Below are positions 19,237 through 28,297 of a stretch of DNA of 64,000 nt, piece by piece. The position numbers and the translations under genes are program-made. The notes under the pieces were generated by a model that was not told where the DNA came from, ran no database searches, and worked only from the letters and a program-made list of their open reading frames with translations. The stretch is from Deferrisomatales bacterium (lineage in GTDB: Bacteria; Desulfobacterota; Deferrisomatia; Deferrisomatales; JACRMM01). The DNA lies in contig JAWSUI010000001.1 of NCBI GenBank assembly GCA_033551855.1, positions 1 through 64,000 on the forward strand, in the 5' to 3' direction. Positions within the stretch are counted from its first letter, which is position 1; every line of letters starts with the position of its first letter.

Positions 19237-20604
19237 TCACCCCCGCCGGCGCCCCTTGAGCTTGTAGCGCAGCATCCTCTCGCTCAGGCCCAGAGCCCGG
19301 GCGGCCCGCGACTGGTTCCCCCCTGCTTCCAGCAGGGCCGCGTCGATCATGCGGCGCTCCAGGGCGCCCAGGGCCTCCCGCAGCGTCCCGCCCGGCGGCA
19401 GGCCCTCGCTCCCTCCCGCCCCCGCCCCGCCGGTGTTGCCGAAGGGCAGGTCCTCGGTGGAGATCCACGGGCCGCGGCTCACCACCGCGGCCCGCTCGAG
19501 GATGTTCGCGAGCTCCCGCACGTTGCCCGGGTAGTCGTACTTCAGGAGGAGGTCCCGGGCCTCCCGGCTCAGCCCCTCGAGGTGCCGGCCGTTTTCCCGG
19601 GCGAAGCGCTCGGCGAAGTGGTCGATCAGGACGGGCAGGTCCTCCCGCCGCTCCCGGAGGGGGGGGATGTGGAGGGTGACCACGTTGAGCCGGTAGTAGA
19701 GGTCCTCGCGGAAGGCGCCTTCCCGCACCCTCGCCTCGAGGTCCCGGTGGGTCGCACCGATCACCCGCACGTCGGCCCGGAGGACCCGGTTTCCACCCAC
19801 CCGCTGGATCTCCCCCTCCTGGAGGAACCGCAGCAGCTTCACCTGGACCGACGGGCTGAGCTCCCCGACCTCGTCCAGGAACAGGGTGCTCCCGTCGGCC
19901 TCCTCCAGCCGTCCCCGGCGCTGCTGGACCGCACCGGTGAACGCCCCTCTCTCGTGGCCGAAGAGCTCGCTCTCGAGCAGGCCCTCCGGCAGGGCCGCGC
20001 AGTGGAGCGTGACCAGGGGGTGCGCCCGGCGGGGGCTCAGATCGTGGATCAGGTGGGCGAAGAGCTCCTTGCCGGTGCCGCTCTCCCCCCGGAGGAGGAT
20101 CGTGGCCCGGCTGGGCGCCACCCGCCCGGCCAGATTCACCTGCTCGGCCATCCGGGAGCTCCGGTACAGGAGGCGGCCGGCTACCCCGGCCCCGGTGCCC
20201 AGCTCGCGCCGCAGCACCTCGTTCTCGCGCACGAGCCTCCGGCGCTCGCCGAGGCGCTCCAGCAGGAGGAGGAGCTCGTCGAGGTCCACGGGCTTGGTCA
20301 CGTAGTCGGAGGCCCCCGCCTTCATGGCCGCGACGGCGTTCTCGACGCTCCCGTAGGCCGTGAGCATCACCGCGTCCACCTCGGGCTGGGCGGACCTCGC
20401 CCGGCGCAGGACCTCGAGCCCGTCCATCCCGGGCATCCGCTGGTCCAGGAGCAGGACGTCGACGGCCGAGGTCTGGAGCAGCCTCAGGGCCTCCTCGCCG
20501 CCGCCTGCGGCCTCCGCCCGGTGGCCCTCTCGCCGCAGGGCGTCCCGAAGCATCTCCCGCTGGGTCGGCTCGTCCTCTACGATCAGCACGTCCAGTGTCG
20601 GCAT
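19237..20604 (-). CDS. sigma54-dependent response regulator (ZraR/AtoC type)
   Basis: REC domain; GESGTGKE; ESELFGHERGAFTGA; YPGNVREL; Fis-type HTH. Confidence 0.92.
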   Translation of the reverse strand: MPTLDVLIVEDEPTQREMLRDALRREGHRAEAAGGGEEALRLLQTSAVDVLLLDQRMPGMDGLEVLRRARSAQPEVDAVMLTAYGSVENAVAAMKAGASDYVTKPVDLDELLLLLERLGERRRLVRENEVLRRELGTGAGVAGRLLYRSSRMAEQVNLAGRVAPSRATILLRGESGTGKELFAHLIHDLSPRRAHPLVTLHCAALPEGLLESELFGHERGAFTGAVQQRRGRLEEADGSTLFLDEVGELSPSVQVKLLRFLQEGEIQRVGGNRVLRADVRVIGATHRDLEARVREGAFREDLYYRLNVVTLHIPPLRERREDLPVLIDHFAERFARENGRHLEGLSREARDLLLKYDYPGNVRELANILERAAVVSRGPWISTEDLPFGNTGGAGAGGSEGLPPGGTLREALGALERRMIDAALLEAGGNQSRAARALGLSERMLRYKLKGRRRG

Positions 20605-20649
20605 CGACTTATCTCCCTGGGCACCGGTCCGGCGGGAGCCCCTGCGGCC

Positions 20650-22299
20650 CTACCCCGCCAGGGGCAGCCAGACGTCGACGGCGGTCCCCCCGCCGACCCG
20701 GCTCGCCACGCGAAGCTCTCCCCCGTGGGCGTTCACGATCTCGTGGGCGACGGCCAGCCCGAGCCCCAGCCCCTTCTCCTTCGTGGTGAAGGCGGGGTCG
20801 AAGATGCGCTCCCTGTCCTCCCGCGGGATGCCCGCCCCGGAGTCCTGGACCCGGATCCGGACCCTTCGCGCCTCGGGCACGTCGACGACCACCCGCACCT
20901 CCCCCTCCCCGGGAATCGCCTCCAGGGCGTTGCGCAGCAGGTTCAGCAGCGCCTGGCGGAGCTTGTCGCCGTCCCCGAGGACCCGCAGGGCGGCCTCGGG
21001 AATCCGCGCCTCCACCCGGACCCCACGGGCCCGGGCCTCCTCCTCCAGGAGCGCGAGGGTCTGCCGAACGACCTCGGCCACCGGGAAGAGGACGGGGGCC
21101 CCCCGGGTCTCGGGCGAGGCGGCCAGGAACTCCCCCACGAGGGCGTCCAAGCGCCGGACCTCGTCCCGCATGAGGGCCGTGAGACGCCCGACGGCCTCCC
21201 GGGGCTCCCCCTCGGGGGGCAGGAGCTCCCTCTGGATCCGCTGGAGGCCGAGGCCCAGGGCATTGAGCGGGTTTCGGATCTCGTGGGCCAGCGCCGCCCC
21301 GAGCCTGCCCAGGGCCGAGAGCCGGCGGGCCCGGGCCAGGCGTTCCTGGAGCTCGCCCAGAGCCCGGTGGTGCCGGACCTGCACCCGGTACAGGAGCCCG
21401 ATGGCGAAGAGGCCGACGGCGGCGAGCAGGGAGGTGGTCATCCAGAGGCGCAGTTGGTGCCGGGAGAGGACCCCCTGGACGGCTTCCGGCCGCAGTCCCA
21501 CCCGAACCCATCCGGCGTGCTCGCCGGGCAGCCGCAAGACCGCGGCGACCTCGAGGAGCTCGACCCCATCGGCCCCCGCGCGCGTCGGGGGTTCGCGGCC
21601 GGGAAGCCCCCCAGGTGGGGTCTCCTCCCCCCCCCAACCCAGGAGCCGGCCCTCCGCGTCGATCACCTCCACGTAGACCACGTCCGCCGGTCCCGCCGCC
21701 GCCTCGGCGGCCGCCTGTGCGGCGGCCTCCAGGGCCCGGCGGCGAAAGTCCTCCTCCCCGACCAGGAGCACCACCACGGGACCCCCGCCGGCAAGGGCGA
21801 GGGCCGCGAAGCGGGGGGCCTTGGACGCGTGTCCGCCGCCGAAGAGGTCCAGGACCACCTCCGACCGCCCCTCGAGGAGGGGTCGCAGGCGCTCCCGAAC
21901 CTCGGCGGGGAGGTCCGGGGCTTCGGCAGGAGCCCCATCCTGCCCCAGGAGGACGACCTGCCCCGTGCCCGGGCCATCCGAGGCCAGGTGCGGGTCCGAG
22001 GCCAGCGCCCGAAGCGTCTCCAGGAGCTCCCCCGCGATCACGTCGAACAGGGTGGTCCCGCCTCCCAAGCCGTCCGAGGAGAGGACCACGTCGTCCCCCG
22101 CCAGGGCTCTCTCCACCAGGTCTTCCACCGTGGCTCCCAGCCCGGCGGCCAGGGCGTCGGCCCGAGCCTCGACCAGGTCCAGCAAGGCCTCCTCGGTGCG
22201 TCGCAGGTCGAGGACGCCCGTGGCGAGAAAGAGCAGGCCCACCACAAGGAAGACCAGCCCGAGGGCCAGGCCGGGCCGCACGCCCGCCGAGCCGGTCAC
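20650..22299 (-). CDS. Membrane sensor histidine kinase (ZraS-like)
   Basis: Two TM segments; LAHEIRNPL, NLLRNALEA, DSGAGI, FTTK..GLGLGL. Confidence 0.88.
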   Translation of the reverse strand: MTGSAGVRPGLALGLVFLVVGLLFLATGVLDLRRTEEALLDLVEARADALAAGLGATVEDLVERALAGDDVVLSSDGLGGGTTLFDVIAGELLETLRALASDPHLASDGPGTGQVVLLGQDGAPAEAPDLPAEVRERLRPLLEGRSEVVLDLFGGGHASKAPRFAALALAGGGPVVVLLVGEEDFRRRALEAAAQAAAEAAAGPADVVYVEVIDAEGRLLGWGGEETPPGGLPGREPPTRAGADGVELLEVAAVLRLPGEHAGWVRVGLRPEAVQGVLSRHQLRLWMTTSLLAAVGLFAIGLLYRVQVRHHRALGELQERLARARRLSALGRLGAALAHEIRNPLNALGLGLQRIQRELLPPEGEPREAVGRLTALMRDEVRRLDALVGEFLAASPETRGAPVLFPVAEVVRQTLALLEEEARARGVRVEARIPEAALRVLGDGDKLRQALLNLLRNALEAIPGEGEVRVVVDVPEARRVRIRVQDSGAGIPREDRERIFDPAFTTKEKGLGLGLAVAHEIVNAHGGELRVASRVGGGTAVDVWLPLAG

Positions 22300-22733
22300 C
22301 TCTCGCGCCACAGGCCGGGCCCTCCTCTCCCCCTGCCGGGAGCCGAAGCGCACCACCGCCGCACCTGCTCCGGCTCCAGGAAGGCCCGCACCTCGAGGAC
22401 GTGCTCCAGGAGGGTCTCCTCAAGCCTCCGGCGGAGGTCCGAGACCTCCGCCGCCTTGGCGCGGATCTCGCCCCGCCCCGCCTCCGGGTCGCGCAACAGG
22501 GCCTCCAGCTCCATCCGGCGGGCCATGAGCTGATTACGCAAGGCGTCGAAGGCCGGCCGAAAGCGAACTTCCGCCTCCCGCACCGCGGTGCCCTGGCCCT
22601 CGGAGAGCCGGAGCGCCTCCAGCTCCACGCAGCCCCCCCGCCCCACGCGGGGGCTCGGCCCCTCGGCGTGTACCGCCGGGAGGGCAGCCGCCGCGACCCC
22701 GAGGACACACAGGACTGCGCTCCAGCGGACCAT
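22296..22733 (-). CDS. Spy/CpxP/ZraP-family periplasmic protein
   Basis: Signal peptide; L.LSEGQ and LEPEQ (LTxxQ-like) motifs around a coiled coil. Confidence 0.75.
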   Translation of the reverse strand: MVRWSAVLCVLGVAAAALPAVHAEGPSPRVGRGGCVELEALRLSEGQGTAVREAEVRFRPAFDALRNQLMARRMELEALLRDPEAGRGEIRAKAAEVSDLRRRLEETLLEHVLEVRAFLEPEQVRRWCASAPGRGRGGPGLWRER

Positions 22734-22956
22734 GGGCGCCTCCTTGGATTTCGGGACGTTCCTTCCGCCGCCACCGTAACAGCCTTCGACACATCTGTCG
22801 ATGCCCGGCAGGAACCGTCCCTGGCGGTAAGCTCCCGTGAGCACCCGGTTTTCTCCTGACACCGGCCGCACGCCTCGACACTTCGTGCCGCCCCCCGGCA
22901 CCCTCCCCCGGCGCCGAACCCGCGTCCGAAGGGGAAACACCCGCGACCCGGCCGGC

Positions 22957-22972
22957 CGGCACGGGGGATGCA
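22957..22972 (+). promoter_or_regulatory. sigma54 promoter of the ZraP-like gene
   Basis: CGGCACG-GGGG-ATGCA (GG-N10-GC); candidate UAS dyads TCGACACATCTGTCGA (22786) and TCGACACTTCGTGCCG (22875). Confidence 0.6.
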
Positions 22973-23073
22973 AAGGTATGGGGCAAGGCGCCGGTCCCGC
23001 GGCCGGGCCGAACCCGGGCACCGCCCCACCGGGGCGGAGCCCGACCACCCTCTGCGAGGAAGGAGACAGAACC

Positions 23074-23553
23074 ATGGGAACGAGACACCTCTTCTTGACG
23101 ACGGCCGCCGTCCTCGTCGCGGCCTCGGTCGCGGCTGCCGGCCCGTGGGGCCAGGGTCCCGGAAACAGGGGGGGCAAAGGCCCCGGCAAGGGCCCCATGG
23201 GCCTCGGCCCCCGTGCCGCGGAGGCCCTCGGCCTGACAGAGGACCAGCAGGAACGGCTCCGGGCCCTGGGCAAGTCCCACCGGGAAGAGACCGCCCCCCT
23301 GCGCAACGAGCTCCTGGCCAAGCGCGAAGAGCTGCGCCGCCTGTGGACCGACCCGGACGCCGGCGCCGAATCCCTACGGTCGAAGCAGGCCGAGCTGCAA
23401 GAGCTCCGGGGCCGGATGGCAGACGCCGGGCTGGAGCACCACCTCGAGCGGCGGGAGGTCCTGTCCGCGGAGCAACTGGAGAAGCTCGCCTCCCTGGAGG
23501 TCGGCCCCGGCAAGCGGGACCGCGGCAGGGGGGAGAGGGGAGGCTGCTGGTAG
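23074..23553 (+). CDS. Spy/CpxP/ZraP-family periplasmic protein
   Basis: Signal peptide, G-rich linker, LGLTEDQ...LSAEQ, C-terminal GGCW; AGGAG SD. Confidence 0.82.
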   Translation: MGTRHLFLTTAAVLVAASVAAAGPWGQGPGNRGGKGPGKGPMGLGPRAAEALGLTEDQQERLRALGKSHREETAPLRNELLAKREELRRLWTDPDAGAESLRSKQAELQELRGRMADAGLEHHLERREVLSAEQLEKLASLEVGPGKRDRGRGERGGCW

Positions 23554-23593
23554 GAGGGCGGCACCGGGGTGCGGCGGTCGGCGGGGAACCTGG

Positions 23594-24730
23594 TCAAGGA
23601 CCCCACCGGCCGCCCGTCGCCTGCCGCAGGGCCTCGACGGAGGCCCGGGCATAGGCCCAGGCGGCGTCCGCCCAACCCGGGGGAACGACGATTCCCCCTT
23701 CGTCGTGCAGGCGCCCCAGCCCGTACCGGTCGGCGTACTCCGCCGGCAGACGGTCGGGGAAGCTCCGACCAGTCATCACGCCGTAGGCCAGAGCCCAGGC
23801 CCGGGGCACGAGCTCCACGCGGTACCCGCCGCCTCCCAGAGCCAGCCAGCCCCGGGTCGCCCGGCCCAGGTCGCCCAGCTCTTCCACCACCCGGGCGTAG
23901 CCCCGGGTGGTGAGGAGCAGCTGGGCCAGGGGGTCGGAGTAGTGGGTGTCCACCCCGAGCTGGGTCACCAGGACGTCGGGCGCGAACCGCCCCACCGCCG
24001 GGGGCACCACCTCCCCGAAGGCCCAGAGGTAGACCTCGTCGGTGGTCCCCGGCGCCAGGGGCACGTTGAGGCTGAAGCCGCGCCCCTCCCCTTCCCCCAC
24101 CTCGTCGGCGAACCCCGTTCCAGGGAAGCGGGTGAGAGGGGTCTCGTGGAGGGAGATCGTGAGGACCTGGTCCATGCGGTAGAAGGCGGCCTGCACCCCG
24201 TCGCCGTGGTGCACGTCCACGTCCACGTAGGCCACCCGCAGCCCCCTCTCGACCAGCCACCGGATGGCGACCGCCGCGTCGTTGAAGACGCAGAAGCCGC
24301 TCGCGCGGGCAGGCCGAGCGTGGTGGAACCCCCCCGCGAAGCTGAACGCCGTGCCGGCCCGTCCTGCGAGGAGGAGGCGCGCGCCCGCCAGGGCTCCCCC
24401 CGCCTTCAGGGCCTCGGTCTCGTACATGCCCGGGAAGACCGGGTTGTCCCCGGGGCCGAAGTTGTACCGCCCCGCCTCCGCGACCCTCTCTCCCCGGCTC
24501 AGGGCGGCCACCGCCTCCAGGTACTCCGGGGCGTGGAACAGGGCGAGCTCCTCCCGGGTCGCCGGCGGCGGCGCCACCACGGCGGAGCCCGGACCGTCGA
24601 AGGCGCGGTACGCGCTGAGGAGCTCGAAGGTGCGCCGCAGCCGCTCGGGCTTCAGGGGGTGGCCCTCCCCGTGTCCGCAGGCCCACATGCCCTCCGCACA
24701 CAGGACCACCGCCCCCTTGTCGCTGCTCAT
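23594..24730 (-). CDS. acuC: Histone-deacetylase-family protein (AcuC-like)
   Basis: HPLKPER, GGFHHA...ASGFCVFND, DVDVHHGDG, GVDTH..DPL, LGGGGY. Confidence 0.88.
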   Translation of the reverse strand: MSSDKGAVVLCAEGMWACGHGEGHPLKPERLRRTFELLSAYRAFDGPGSAVVAPPPATREELALFHAPEYLEAVAALSRGERVAEAGRYNFGPGDNPVFPGMYETEALKAGGALAGARLLLAGRAGTAFSFAGGFHHARPARASGFCVFNDAAVAIRWLVERGLRVAYVDVDVHHGDGVQAAFYRMDQVLTISLHETPLTRFPGTGFADEVGEGEGRGFSLNVPLAPGTTDEVYLWAFGEVVPPAVGRFAPDVLVTQLGVDTHYSDPLAQLLLTTRGYARVVEELGDLGRATRGWLALGGGGYRVELVPRAWALAYGVMTGRSFPDRLPAEYADRYGLGRLHDEGGIVVPPGWADAAWAYARASVEALRQATGGRWGP

Positions 24731-24807
24731 CCGCCCTCCCGCACTCGGCCGATCGACGCCGCGGCAGCCCCGGCGCGGGACCCCGTCACGGCCGCCTCAC
24801 CCGCCCC

Positions 24808-25128
24808 TCACGGAAGGAGGATGACCGGCTTGCCGGCCGCCCGGTACAACAGCACCGTGCGTCCCAGGATCTGGGCGACCCGCGCTCCGGAGCGCGCGGC
24901 GAGGTCCCCCGCCACATCACGGCGGTCCCGGGCACACCCCGGCCCGATACGCACCTTCACGAGCTCGTGGGCCGAGAGATTCGCGTCCAGGGAGGCGGCC
25001 ACCGCGTCGGTCACCCCCTCCTTGCCCACGGTCACCCGCGGCTCCAGGCCGTGGCCGAGGCCCCTCAGGAACCGAGCCTGTCTGCCGGTGAGGGGGGCGA
25101 ACTCCCCCGTGGCCACTGCGTCGGTCAT
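24808..25128 (-). CDS. yhbY: Ribosome assembly RNA-binding protein
   Basis: LTGRQARFLRGLGH.LEP.V.VGKEG, HELVKV, QILGRTVLLYR. Confidence 0.9.
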   Translation of the reverse strand: MTDAVATGEFAPLTGRQARFLRGLGHGLEPRVTVGKEGVTDAVAASLDANLSAHELVKVRIGPGCARDRRDVAGDLAARSGARVAQILGRTVLLYRAAGKPVILLP

Positions 25129-25168
25129 GGAACCCTCCCAACGGTGAACGGCCCGGGCCGGGGCCCGG

Positions 25169-25822
25169 TCAGCCCTGCTGGGGCTCGATCCGGATCTCGA
25201 CCCGCCGGTTGAGCTGGCGCCCCTCGGGGGTGGCGTTGTCGGCGATCGGCCGCGACGGGCCGTACCCCACCGTGGTGACCCGCCCCGGGGCGACCCCGTG
25301 GCCGACGAGGGCGTTCTTCACCGAGTCCGCGCGCCTCTCCGAGAGCCGCTGGTTGTACTCCTCGGCCCCGGTGCTGTCGGTGTGGCCCGCCACCAGCAGG
25401 GTCGTCTGGAGGTACTGGTTGAGCACCCGGGCGACCCGGGCCACCTCGTCCTGGGCGCCGGGCTTGAGGGCGGCGGAGTTGACGTCGAAGCTCACGTCCC
25501 CCTTGAAGGTCACGGAGAGGACGTCCAGCTCCCGCCGGACGCTCGCCGCCTCGGACTCGGCCAGTGCCTGGCGCATGGCCTCCTCCTGGCGGTCCATGTA
25601 GCTGCCCACCGCGGCGCCGGTCAGGCCGCCCGCCGCCGCGCCGATCGCAGCCCCGATGAGGGTGGACTTGGTGTCCCTCCCGATGGCCTGGCCCAACCCG
25701 GCCCCGACTGCCGCCCCGGCCGCCGTGCCCACCGCGGCGCCCTGCCCCGTCTTGGTCTCCATGCCGGCGCAGCCGGATAGCCCGAGCAGGATTGCCGCCG
25801 CTGCACACGCGATCCTCTTCAT
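25169..25822 (-). CDS. OmpA-family lipoprotein with glycine zipper (YiaD-like)
   Basis: Lipobox LSGC; glycine zipper; GHTDSTG...NQRLSERRA; NRRVEI. Confidence 0.9.
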   Translation of the reverse strand: MKRIACAAAAILLGLSGCAGMETKTGQGAAVGTAAGAAVGAGLGQAIGRDTKSTLIGAAIGAAAGGLTGAAVGSYMDRQEEAMRQALAESEAASVRRELDVLSVTFKGDVSFDVNSAALKPGAQDEVARVARVLNQYLQTTLLVAGHTDSTGAEEYNQRLSERRADSVKNALVGHGVAPGRVTTVGYGPSRPIADNATPEGRQLNRRVEIRIEPQQG

Positions 25823-25893
25823 CCCTTCTCTCCCGTCCCCTCCCCGATGCGTCTTGTCCTGGGCGGAGCGCCCCTGCGGCCTCTCCCGACCCG

Positions 25894-26493
25894 TCATCCC
25901 CCCGGGGCAGCCCCCGCCCCCCGCCGGCCCCCCCGGAAGGCCCTTCCCAGGCTCCACGCCGTGCCCAGCTTCTCGCCGACCCTCCAGTAGGTGTTGTCGT
26001 GCATGGAGAAGACGATGGGGTCGAGCTTGGCAAGGTCCGGGAGGCCCTCGGTCAGGATCCCCGGGTCCGCATACACCTCGGCGATCTCCCCGATGAAGAC
26101 CTCGTTCATCCCCCCCAGGTCCAGGGTCCGGACGACGCGGCACTCCAGGTTGAGGGGGCACTCCCGGATCATGGGCGCCGTGCCGAGGACACCGTAGACG
26201 TTCTCGAACACCCCCGACTTGTCCACCGCCGCGCCGGAGTGGAGGCCGACCCAGTCGGTCACCTCCGCCAGCCGGGCGGGCGGGATGTTGACGCTGAACG
26301 TTCCGTGCTCCCGGATCCCGACGTTCGTGTAGTGGCCCCGCCCCAGGGTGACGGCCACCATGGGCGGCTTGTGCTGGACGATCCCGCAGTAGGCCACCGT
26401 CAGGTAGTTGGCCTTTCCCCCGACCAGGGCCCCCACCAGGACCGTCGGCATGGGGTAGAGACACGTCTTCGGCCCGAGCTTCACCTTGTCCAC
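25894..26493 (-). CDS. Flavin reductase family protein (flavoredoxin-like)
   Basis: LYPMPTVLVGA, FSVNIP, APMIRECPLNLECRV, FIGEI. Confidence 0.85.
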   Translation of the reverse strand: MDKVKLGPKTCLYPMPTVLVGALVGGKANYLTVAYCGIVQHKPPMVAVTLGRGHYTNVGIREHGTFSVNIPPARLAEVTDWVGLHSGAAVDKSGVFENVYGVLGTAPMIRECPLNLECRVVRTLDLGGMNEVFIGEIAEVYADPGILTEGLPDLAKLDPIVFSMHDNTYWRVGEKLGTAWSLGRAFRGGRRGAGAAPGG

Positions 26494-26582
26494 GTCCGCC
26501 TCCCGCCGCGACCGGCGTCGATTCCGACAGGGATCTCGGCCCAGATGCCGCCGTCGATCCCGAGTTGGTGGCCTCGGGCACG

Positions 26583-28235
26583 TCAGAACCCCGGCACGGT
26601 CTCCCCTTCCGGGTAGGTCACGGCGTAGCCGAAGCGGATGGTGACCTCCTCCCCCGGCTGGTAGGTCCGGCGCCAGGCGACCACGCCTCGCACCCCTTCC
26701 GCGTCCCGCTCCGTGGGCGGCGTAGAGCCTTCGAGGAGCTCCACGTGGATCCGCTCGTCCCGGGGGACCGGGAGCTGGTCGAGGACGGTGACCTCCAGGG
26801 GCCGCCCGTGGTGGTTGCCGACCGCCATCCGGTACCGCCGCTCTTCGCGGCGGCGCTTCTCGAAGATCCCCCTGCGGGAGCGCTCCCCCGTTTCGAAGGC
26901 GTGGACGACGCGAACCCGGTCATCGGCCCCGAAGGACAGCTCCAGCTCTTCCCCCGGGCGGACGAGGGGCAGACTCACCCTGCCCACGTGGGTGTCGCCC
27001 CGGAACAGGGCTACCGGGCCCGGCAGGAGCGGCGCCGGCCCCTGGAGGACGGCGCGGGCAAGCAGGTAGCCCACCGGCTCCCGCTTCGGGACGGCCCGCA
27101 CGGAGAGGCGGGGCTCGAGGGTCTGGCCCCCGACGGCGAACTGATGGGGCTGGCGGTCCGACGGTACGGTGACGGTCCCCGGGATGCGGTACTCGGCCGC
27201 GAACTCACCGGCGACCACCTCCGCCTCTTGGCGGGCAGCCGCCAGGGCCCCCGCGTCGGGGGCTGCCGCGGTCTCCAGGCGCAGCGCCACGTCCTCGGCC
27301 GCCGGCCCTTTCGCCCGGGGCAGGGGCGCGACGCGCAGGAAGTCGATGAACCAGGGGTCCAGGCCCGGGGGCTCGGCCCCCACCCCCGGCCGAGCGGTGG
27401 ACAGGGTCAGCGTCACCTCGTTCCAGTCCTCGCCGGTGCTCTGGCGCACCCGGGCGAGTTGGTCCAGGTACAGGGAGCCCTCCTCGGGAGACAGCCTCGC
27501 GTCGTACGCAGGCGACCACTCGGCCCCCCCCACGTGGTAGGAGAGGAGCAGGGTCGCCCGTCCCGCCTCCACCGCGGCCACCCGGAGCCGCACCTGGACC
27601 TCCTCGCGCCGGCCCGTGGCGACCTGAGCGAGCTCCTGCTGGACCCGGCGGATCTTCTCCCCGATGGCCCGCCGGGCCACCTCGGTCGCCTGGATGGCCG
27701 CGTAGGTCTCTGCTGCCCCGGCGCCGACCGCGGTCCACGCTTCCCTCCAGAGCCCTGGCTCCGTTGCCCCCCGGGCGAGCTCGGCGTCGAGGCGCTCCGG
27801 GAGCTTCTTGCCCAAGGCCTCGATGAAGGCCAGCTGTGTCTGCAGGGCCCGGGCGTGGTCGGCCGAGGCCCGCTCCTCGTCCCGGAGCCCCTGCAGCTCC
27901 TCGGTCAGGCGCCGCTCCCTGTCCCGCACCAGCTCCTCCGAGAAGACCGGGCGGCTCTCCAGGGGCCCCAGCACCAGTCCCATGGGGGCCCGACCCTCGA
28001 CCCGGAGGGAATCCTCGATGAGGCCCGCGGGCAGGCCCCCGACGACCACCGTGGCCTCGCCCCGGGGGAGGTCCACCTCCGCAGCGCGCGTCACCACGGC
28101 GCGGTCGGCGAAGACCGTGACCGCCGAGGTCCTGGACTCCGCCGCGAGCTCCGCGCCGATCGCCCCTGCGGGGACGAGGACGCCCCCCGCCAGCAGCGCC
28201 AGCCCAATCGCGGCCGTCCGCAGGATCCTCTCCAT
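26583..28235 (-). CDS. DUF4140/DUF4139 (MuiA-like) exported protein
   Basis: Signal peptide; AVTVFADRAVVTR, W.PAYDARL, QSTGEDW..V.LTLSTA.P, FGADD. Confidence 0.85.
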   Translation of the reverse strand: MERILRTAAIGLALLAGGVLVPAGAIGAELAAESRTSAVTVFADRAVVTRAAEVDLPRGEATVVVGGLPAGLIEDSLRVEGRAPMGLVLGPLESRPVFSEELVRDRERRLTEELQGLRDEERASADHARALQTQLAFIEALGKKLPERLDAELARGATEPGLWREAWTAVGAGAAETYAAIQATEVARRAIGEKIRRVQQELAQVATGRREEVQVRLRVAAVEAGRATLLLSYHVGGAEWSPAYDARLSPEEGSLYLDQLARVRQSTGEDWNEVTLTLSTARPGVGAEPPGLDPWFIDFLRVAPLPRAKGPAAEDVALRLETAAAPDAGALAAARQEAEVVAGEFAAEYRIPGTVTVPSDRQPHQFAVGGQTLEPRLSVRAVPKREPVGYLLARAVLQGPAPLLPGPVALFRGDTHVGRVSLPLVRPGEELELSFGADDRVRVVHAFETGERSRRGIFEKRRREERRYRMAVGNHHGRPLEVTVLDQLPVPRDERIHVELLEGSTPPTERDAEGVRGVVAWRRTYQPGEEVTIRFGYAVTYPEGETVPGF

Positions 28236-28297
28236 GGGTGCCGTCCTCCCTCCTGCCCTCGACTGTTCCCCCGGGTCGTCGCCGGGGGCGACCCCCC

